Source: Proteromonas lacertae (taxonomy: Eukaryota). From it: a DNA stretch of 51,963 nucleotides. Positions 39,592-49,100 of this stretch are shown piece after piece; positions within the stretch are counted from its first letter, which is position 1, and each line of letters opens with the position of its first letter. The notes beneath the pieces were generated by a model that was not told where the DNA came from, did not search any database, and saw only the letters and a program-made list of their open reading frames with translations. The DNA lies in assembly GCA_002245135.1 (NCBI GenBank), contig NGBS01000019.1:62001-113963 (forward strand). The letters are read 5' to 3'. The translations under genes and the position numbers were made by a program.

Positions 39592-42500
39592 CTAAATATC
39601 TCCCATAGAAGTAGAGTTATGGGTTGAATTCTGTGTTGAGTTGTGAATGAATTGATTTTGTTGTAGCTGATCATCTGAGGATGAATAACTTGGTTGTACT
39701 TTACTTACACTAACCATATGAGAAATGTGATGATGAGATGTTGATCCATTTCTATCCAAAAATATACTTCTTGATGTAATGGCTGGTAATTCAAACTCAT
39801 GATCATCTGTTACTAAACGACCATTATCTTTCACGTGTATTTCTATTGCCATCCATGCAACAATACCGTTAATAAACAGTGATTCACATTCTAATAAGAA
39901 TGACATTATGTTATGACATTCTATTGATATAGATGCATATGGACTATGAAGGAATTTATTCCAATAATCTTCTCTCTAATGTATATATGAAATAAATAGA
40001 TAAAAAATATACTTCTATTTGTAATAATACTTGCTTTTGTGCATTTGAAAAGATCAATGGATTCTATATATACAGTAAATCATTAAAAATAATTAATTAA
40101 TACTCTTGTTAATCTGTATTGTTCAATTTCTTCTGTAATTTGACAATTCCATTGTAGGTTGTCTGGATTATCAGGACTGAAATACATTTGATAAATATGA
40201 TCTAACACAGTACCTGCATTGTTGTTTGGTTCTATTGGAATTGTTCTAAACTGATTAGCATCAACCCAAAACTCAATACTATTTATATATTAATAGAATA
40301 ACATATATATACTATCTTGAGTAATGATATTTCTTCAAAAACATAATAAATAGAGTTGATATAATTGGTTGTTTCAGTTCTTCGGCTAATTCTTTCAAAT
40401 AATAATCAATTGGATTATGATATCGAAAGAATAAAAAAAAGACTGGAGACATTATTCCAACAAGTAAAACCATTTCTACATAAGCTTCAACAATTATCAC
40501 ATCTTCTGATTTATAATAGAAAAATGGGAATATGTTCTGTGTCAATAATAATAAATGGGCAAAACATTCTGAAATAGCATATACATAATAATGATTAATA
40601 ACTGAATATCTAATATAATTATTCATACCAACAACAATGAAGATTATATCAATAATAATCTATTTAGAAAAAGAGAGTAAATCATTGAAATTATACGAAT
40701 GAAATAGATATAGACTTCTCAAATATTGGAAATACTAAAGAATCATCACCTATTATTATTTATATAAACAACAACAACAAATATATACTTTTATGATTAT
40801 ATAAATAAACTATTACACAAATCAATATTCCAATTATATATCCCAACATAATTACTACTTTAATCCAAGTGTTTACAGCAGTAGATGGATAATATGTCTT
40901 AAATGAAAGTTCACTTACTTTACTAGATAAAAGACCTCTATATATATTCATTAGAAAAAAAGTAAAATATACATCAACATAGCAATTGAACCTATTTGTA
41001 AAAGCACAAATCCAACGTAATAATAATAAATCTTTCTATAAAATGAAAAACATAATAAACCACTACATTCTACTATGCTACCAGCTAATAACAGCAACAA
41101 ATAACTATTATTCTTTCTAAATATATTTTCTTTTGTTCTAAATATTGCATTAACGAATATAATTGATAAAAAGGTAATTCCTAACGAAGACAGTATTTCT
41201 ATACCTCTGGTAGTTGGTGTGAGAGATGTACTTTTCTATTACAGATAATATTAATAATAAACATATATATATATTATACAATTTTCAACCAATCATATTC
41301 TGGACTGATGATAGTTTTAGGTAATATTCCACCATCTTTAAACTGAACTACTCTATTGAGATATTCACTATTGTCTGTATTTATATTAACTATTCTATTA
41401 CTGTAGTTTAATGATCCATAGAATGTATTCCAATAAATACACTTTAGTGATGCACAATCTGAATTCTTTGAACATATTTTAAAACGTATATTTTTACATA
41501 TACCAAGATTATGAAATACTATAAAACAATAATAAATACATAAAAAAAATACCATTTTTAAAATCTAAAAACACTGAATCATTATAATAATTCTTATTCC
41601 ATAATTCATCATCATTTGAATGTATTCCATATGTCTGACCATATAATTCAATCACTCTTTGAATAGTAATACCAATAATTGAGCCACGAATTATGCTAAA
41701 AGGAATATACTTTGTCTTTAACATTGTCTCTTTATGATCAGTAGGAAATCCAACTATTTTGTCAATATTGTCATATATTAAATTAAAATAATCTGTAAAT
41801 GTACCAAAATATTCACCACTTTCTCCATAAGTATTGTTTTGAAGTGGTAATAATCCGTGAATATATGGAATAGTCATTCTTTCATCTATAATAAATGTAT
41901 ATATTGCTTTTGGATTAATATTATATTTAGGAAATAGTTTTCTAAATATTCTTAGTGTTTGTACTGTAACTCCTAATATAATTACAGCTTCATTTGAGAT
42001 ATTTTCTAACTGAGATAACCATTCTTTATAATATTCAATTCTTTGAACTGTTGATTGAAATTTCTATGATAAATTCATAATATATATATATACCGATTTT
42101 AATATTGGAAATTGACATGTATAATCAGTTGAACAATCAGTAGAGTAATAACAATTATTAGCTAAAGCAACGTGTCTCTATATAACAGAATAATTGAAAC
42201 AATCAAATTATATATAAAATACAAATGTTTTGCATCTGGAAATTGACATTATAACATTGTCATGAATATCGATTATAGATTTCAATGCTTCTAAATAATG
42301 TAAATAATAATCTTCACCTTCTTCGCCTATTATTATGTATCTCTTTACATTATTATTCACAGTAAAATGTTGGTATATATTCATTGCAATATCATATGCT
42401 GATTTGAATGGTGAATACATATAATCATATTGTTTATTCATTTCACTCTCAAAATATGGTCTATTAAGTGATTATATATATATATACGAATTTAGAAAGT

Positions 42501-43121
42501 ATGGTATTTTAACTCCATGATAATTATATTTATTATTATAAAAACTAAGTGAATCTATTGATTTAAGTATTGCTTCATAATTTTGTGGTGAGATTAAGAA
42601 ATGAGGACGTTGTGATTTTATTCTTTCTTCTATTTGACTATAGAAAAATTTGGAACATTCAGCGAATTGTGATGAACTAGAATACTATTGATAATAAATT
42701 AAAAAAAATATATACTTCATTATTAGGCAACCACAATACAACTGAAACTATAATTCTATATGGAAGATTATTGGTAAAAAGAAAATACTTTTCATTACAT
42801 GTACTAAGCTTTGAAGTTACTTTATCTAAGCATATTCCTCCAATTCTATTTATTTCATCTCTCCATAAAAACAGAGATCGAGCAAATAACAATGCTGCAT
42901 AGATATAACTATTATGATATATACATTGATATCTATCATTACCACTAGTATCTAAAAGACCTTCAATTCTTATCGAAACGCCTTCATAAGGGAACTTTGA
43001 AGAATCATCGAATAATTTGAATTGGTCACAACAAGCATAAACCTATATATACCATAAATCATTTAGCATATACAAAATATGTTGAAAAGGTATATGCAAC
43101 GATAAAAAAGAGAAAACGCAT
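39592..43121 (-). CDS. Receptor with signal peptide, Venus-flytrap/periplasmic-binding-like ectodomain, 7 TM segments and C-terminal RGS domain (13 introns)
   Basis: Hand-spliced, open throughout. Signal MRFLFFIVAYTFSTYF|VYAC. PBP1-type motifs LFLWRDEINRIGGI and NTFYGSLNY. Seven hydrophobic segments at ~41210-40430. RGS: ELAEELKQPIISTLFIMFLKKYHYSR|YIEFWVDANQF...HIYQMYFSPDNP...IFSNAQKQVLLQIE|REDYWNKFLHSPY. Confidence 0.8.
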
Positions 43122-43170
43122 ATTCAATATAAAAAAATAGTAGTTTCATATACCAATACAAATAGTATTA
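43122..43170. promoter_or_regulatory. 49-bp bidirectional promoter/5'UTR interval between the 7TM-RGS receptor and the giant multi-PBP gene
   Basis: Divergent ATGs at 43121 (-) and 43171 (+), each starting a signal peptide. Confidence 0.65.
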
Positions 43171-46100
43171 ATGTATTTGATCTTAATTATTTTCATTCAC
43201 ATTGCCGCTTGTCAAGTATTGAAATTAAACATTTCAATACCTCTATCAGCATCAGAACAATATGTTCATACCCATATTGAGTTATTTGATCAGTTGAGTA
43301 AAAAATTTCAGGATTTATTTAATTTGGATTATAATAAAAACCCATCGAATGATAGACACATGATACTGATAGGCCAGAGAAATTATGTCACCCCTTATCT
43401 TGTTTTTAATGTAGAATACAAAATCAAACCGCTATGTAGTTATAACAATCTATATTTTGGTCATATCTACAATTGTGTATCTAAAGGTATATCATTTATT
43501 AATAAAATATGTAGTAACGCTATTGTGTGGAAGTAAATTCAAAATGAGGCGATTTATAATTCTTGCAGATAGAGAATATACAGATGATTTTAACAATCTA
43601 CTGAAATATATAGAAAGGCAAAGTTTCAAATCCGTTTTTATTTCAGATATTCCATCTCTTCAGTCATATCTATCATTACTAACTCAGATACAAGCATCAG
43701 AGACTGTGATCTTGAATTTTTATTCTGATTATGAGGAATTCAACAGTTTCTACTCATCCTTTAATCAACTTCAATTTTCATCTTCGATAATGCATGTTTT
43801 ATTTTTCATTGATGAATATTACACAACTAACTACAAGAACAATTACAACAATACATATATAGTATCTCAATATTTTCAGTCTATTGATGAAGAATCTACA
43901 TACAAGTTGTTCAATTTAAGCAATAATGATTATGTTGATAATCGTTTAAATGGAGTTGTAAAAGTTTTAACATTCTTGTTATCTTCTAGTGGTGAGACAT
44001 ATACATTAACAAATGCTAGTTTTTATCCTTTATTCCAAGCTTTAGCAACTAATTACATTATTGATTACAACAATAACAGAATATTTGATCATTATTTCAT
44101 CAGAACATCATACATTGGTAAAGTGAATGAAAGTGGTAATGTAAATGACATTATTAACCTCAATAGTGATGTACCTGAATATCCTATGGATTTATGGGTA
44201 TATGAAGATCAAAATATTTGTAGAAATGGTGTAATAGGAAAAGAAGATGCTATTTTAATAGGGTTTATGAGTGTTACTACACATTATTCACAAAATTATA
44301 TTGACACATTTAGAGGTATTGTAGAAACAATTGATTTTATCAATTCAAATGTATATTTATATTATTATTTAATATATTTTTTTTAGTCTGGATTATTAAA
44401 CAAGAGAATCAGGCTAGTATTACCAGAATATTCTACAGATAATATAAAAACCAAATATGATTATCTAATGTCATTTAAAGTGGATATTATCATATATTAT
44501 TCTTCAACAAGGATGTATGATGATATTATCAGTTGCATTGATAATAAAAGTCCATACGTATTTACAATAGGATATAACAGTGGAGAAGTATGCCATCCAA
44601 ATATTATTCCAGTTGGTACAAATATTCCTACTCAAATATATTATTTTGAAACACTTTATTTCCATGAAAAAATATATGTTCTATATTCGAATACAATATA
44701 TGGTAGAAATGGCTTTGATTATATTCAAAGGGATAAGAATCAAACAAAAGAAGAATGTATTGGATTTATGGTTAGAAATTCAAATTCAGATGAAATGAAA
44801 AAGAGTATAGATGAATTAATATCAGTAATAAATGGTAGTGATGAAGGAAGTATTTATTTGATTGGTATTTTAGGTGAAAATTATACCTCTTTATTTATGA
44901 AAGAATATTATCAATATAAAAATTACTATCCAAATGTAATAGTTTATTTGATGGATATGAATGAGAATGATTTTTTAAACAATGAATTATGGAATGGTTA
45001 TTATTCAATTCATCCATTTATTTCAACTGAGTCACTTCCTAGAAACCTTTCAATGAGATTTATAAAATATCATTCAAATTATAAAATAAGCTATTTTGAA
45101 TATTTAGGTAGTTTATCAGTAAGATTATTTGAGAAATTGGTAGTAACATGTTCATCAACTAATAAAGATGATTTTAATGGGACAATAACAGATTCAGGAA
45201 TATCAATAGATGATCCAAGCATATCGTTGTTAAACAATAATTACATATCACTACCAATTGGTGATTTAGTCTCAATAAATGATGGTAAATATTCTACAAA
45301 GCGTAGTTTAGAGCCACACTTGATACATTATCCATCTTATATTCGTGATTCATTGACAGGTACTATGTCAAAATGTGATTGGCAATCTGCAAATTATATT
45401 TCAAAAAATAATAAAATCAATGTGATACTTTGTTTATATGATGATGTTAATGAAGAAAATTCATATTGTTTAACATTATTCTACATATTTTCATTCTATG
45501 GAAGTTCGGCTTTTTATTTGAACAATGATTTTTCTATAATTCCATTAAAGCTACCATTAGCAAATGATCCTTCATATAATGATACTTTATTATCTGTATT
45601 GGATTTTTATAAACCAATTATAGTGTATGGTTTTAGAGATTATAAAGAAAAATCAACTTTGTTGGATATAATGTCTAGTGATATTCCATTATTAGGTTTG
45701 CATCAAAATGATGATTTTACAAACTATGATAATATGTTTAATTTTGGTATAGAAACAACTGATTATGTTGAAAGTATTATACCGTTTTTATTTTTGAATG
45801 AAGATGTACATTGTTACTCATATATAAGTAATAATAATTTGTATAACCAAACAAAGATGTATAGTTTATGGAATTACTATCAAGAAACATATAGATCTCT
45901 ATTATTTTATTATGCTCTTTATGATTATGTTGATATAAGTGTAAGTAGATTATTAAATGATAAAAATATATGTCAAAACTATCGTCATTCATTAGCAATA
46001 TTTATTAATTTAGACAATCCTGAAGCTGAATCAATTGCAGAAATAATTAAAGAAATTCAATCTGATGATATTATTGTGATTTATTTAAGGAATTTGTTTA

Positions 46101-49100
46101 ATTTTTATGATTCACACGTCTTTACAAATCAAATTCAGCTTATATCGGAATATATACCAGAAAAGAGTGATAAGATATATTTGAATTTAGAAAGAATAAA
46201 GAATAGTGTCAATATATCAGAGAATGTCTTTTATTTTCATTTTTTAGTTGCGTATATTATTTTATAGCTATTAATATTTTTTATAGTTATTACTCGTATG
46301 AGTTTGTTGTTAATAGTATGCTGATTGACAGTTCAACTGGAAAATCAATTGTGGAATCACTACCTACAGTTAATCTTCATTTATCATCAAAATGTATTTC
46401 ATTTAGTGTTATTTATATATGCTATATAGGGACATTGAAGTTTTCTAAACAGAATAATTTAATCAAAACATTATCAGCTATAAAGAATACTGGAAATAAT
46501 GTGAAAATCCAACCAATTGTCCCATATATCCAATTGTCAAGTAATTTTGTTTATGGAGAAACATTTACAACAGGAGAAAAAGAATCAATTCCAGTAGGAC
46601 TTATCATTGATTTGAAGAGAATGAAAGCTGAATCAACGTCATTGATAATTGCTTTTGTAACAGTAATGATACATTACTCTGATTTAAGATTTGTTTTATA
46701 TGATGTAGGAATGTATGGAACTCAATATTTATGGACTTATTTCCATTCAGGGAAAGTTAGAGTATTGTTTGGTTTGTTAGATAAAGTATTTCAAGAAGAA
46801 GGTGATGATTTCTTAAAAGATCATAAAATGATATTTTATAATTATGGCTATCCATTTAGAAATGAGAAGTATTTAAATAATGTATTTCAACTCAATTCAA
46901 TTAGTGATTATGTGTCATTTATATCATATATTTATTTAACTGATCATGATAATAGTTGTTTATTGGTGTTAGATACAAATAGTAAGTTTGATGATTTTAA
47001 TCCATATTTACTTCAATTATTAAATGAATTTAATATAATAATTCCACATGTTTATGTAAATGATACAATGGATGTTTATGATGTTCTTAATGTGATAATG
47101 TTAGAAAGTCCAATAAAGAACAACATCATTTTGTCGTTAGATATAATGTATCAGAATAGCATAATTGAAACTTTGTCAAATTACTTATTTGAAAGAAAAA
47201 TGAAATTAAGTGTTTTGCATTATAATTATAGAACATATCTTGATAATATAACACATTTCACCTATACAGATGTAATTGATTTTAATGATCTTCATTATCC
47301 TTTTATTACATTAAACAAACCAGATAATACAATGCCATTATTATATACTATGTTGAATAGGTATTTACTGTACAATGAAACAATGAATCAGTCTGAAATA
47401 TATGATGCATTGATGAATGATAGAGTTAATTTTAATGAATATCATCAATCTGAAAAACAATTATACATTTTGAATGGAAAATATGATGTAATTATTAAAA
47501 TACCTAATAATTCTACAATCTTTTTTAAGAAAAGAGAATATTATTACAAAGTTGGTGATAATAATACATCGGATAGTAATTATATTGGTTTGTTGTTTGA
47601 CAATAGTGATGATGTTTTTGATATTTTAGTTGGTTTGGAAAGTAGGCTATATAACAATGATGATAATAAAGTATTATTCATTCCAATATTTATTGATAAT
47701 GAAAATGATATTGTCGAAAAGATGAATGAGTTTATAAGTAAAACAAAAGTGTATATTGGAATTACTTCAAAAATTGTTCCTACTGAGCTTGTTTCATTCA
47801 TAGAGGATAATAATGGATTATTATATCATTTAGGTAAATCTACAATGGTTTCATCATCCAAGAATATTCTTTCAATGAATATTAATATGATGTCAATTGT
47901 TTATACTTTTATTGGATTTATAAAAGAGAATTGCGATTCTACAATTGTTTTATTAGATGAAAAGTATTATAATTCAGAAGATATGAATATGATAATTGAA
48001 GAAATAAAATATCACTTTGTTGATATTAGATCAATTTATTATATAAGAATAGATAAAGATTCAATTGTGTCATTCGTTGATAAAATAATGAATATGCTAT
48101 TAGAAAATAATTTTTGCATTATAAATTTAATGGGTAGATGGACTAATAAGTTTATTGATGAATTAGATTCTAGGTTAAATACTTTTCAAGACTTAAAATT
48201 GGTTAGTTTTGATGTAAAATTAAGCATGGATTTACCAAAGCCAAATCATTTCAATCATTATTTATTTCAGTTTGATTCTGTATCTGTAAATGATTATGAA
48301 AGTGTATTTGTGAATCCATTTTACAGTTTATATAACAAGAATTATCTTATAAATGACATAGTTATTCAAAGTTATGTTGCTATCGTAGAATGCTTGAAGA
48401 AGTTTACTACTAAAGACAATTTTATTTATATTACAAATAATCTATTGAATAATGATATATTACTGTATATTGATGAAGGTTATAACTCAATTACAAATCA
48501 AAGACAGTTCAATGCTCAATGGAGTATAAGATACAATAATTTGGATCAATGTCCAATAAGGCTAAACAATGATTTTATAAGTCAAAAGAAAATAATAGGT
48601 CTTTTACTTGGATTGACTGGTTATTATCAATATGTTAACTATCAAATATTGTCAGCTGCATTGATAAATATAATACAAATATCAAAATTTTCATATGAAA
48701 TAATTGATACAAAATCAACAAAAGAAGGTTGTATTGATGGGTTAAAAACAATGATTGATAAAGGAATATTGTTTATTGTAATGGGTCATGGTATGTATGA
48801 TTGTTTAAATGAAAGTGTTGACATATTAAACAATAATACTGAAAAAGATGTGTCTATATGGTATGTAGAAAATACACCTGGTTTTTTCTGTGATAGTAGA
48901 TATGTATTCTTTGGTACTTTACCAAACCACTTTTTATCACCAGCTTTATACTTTTTTACTTCAAACTCATCTTTTGATAAAGCTTATATATTTTATGATT
49001 CATTGAGTGATAAGAGTTATAAATATTATTTAAACATTGATAATTTGTTTAGTCAATCTCCAATTAAATATGAAGTATATTCATTAGCTACAACTGATAA

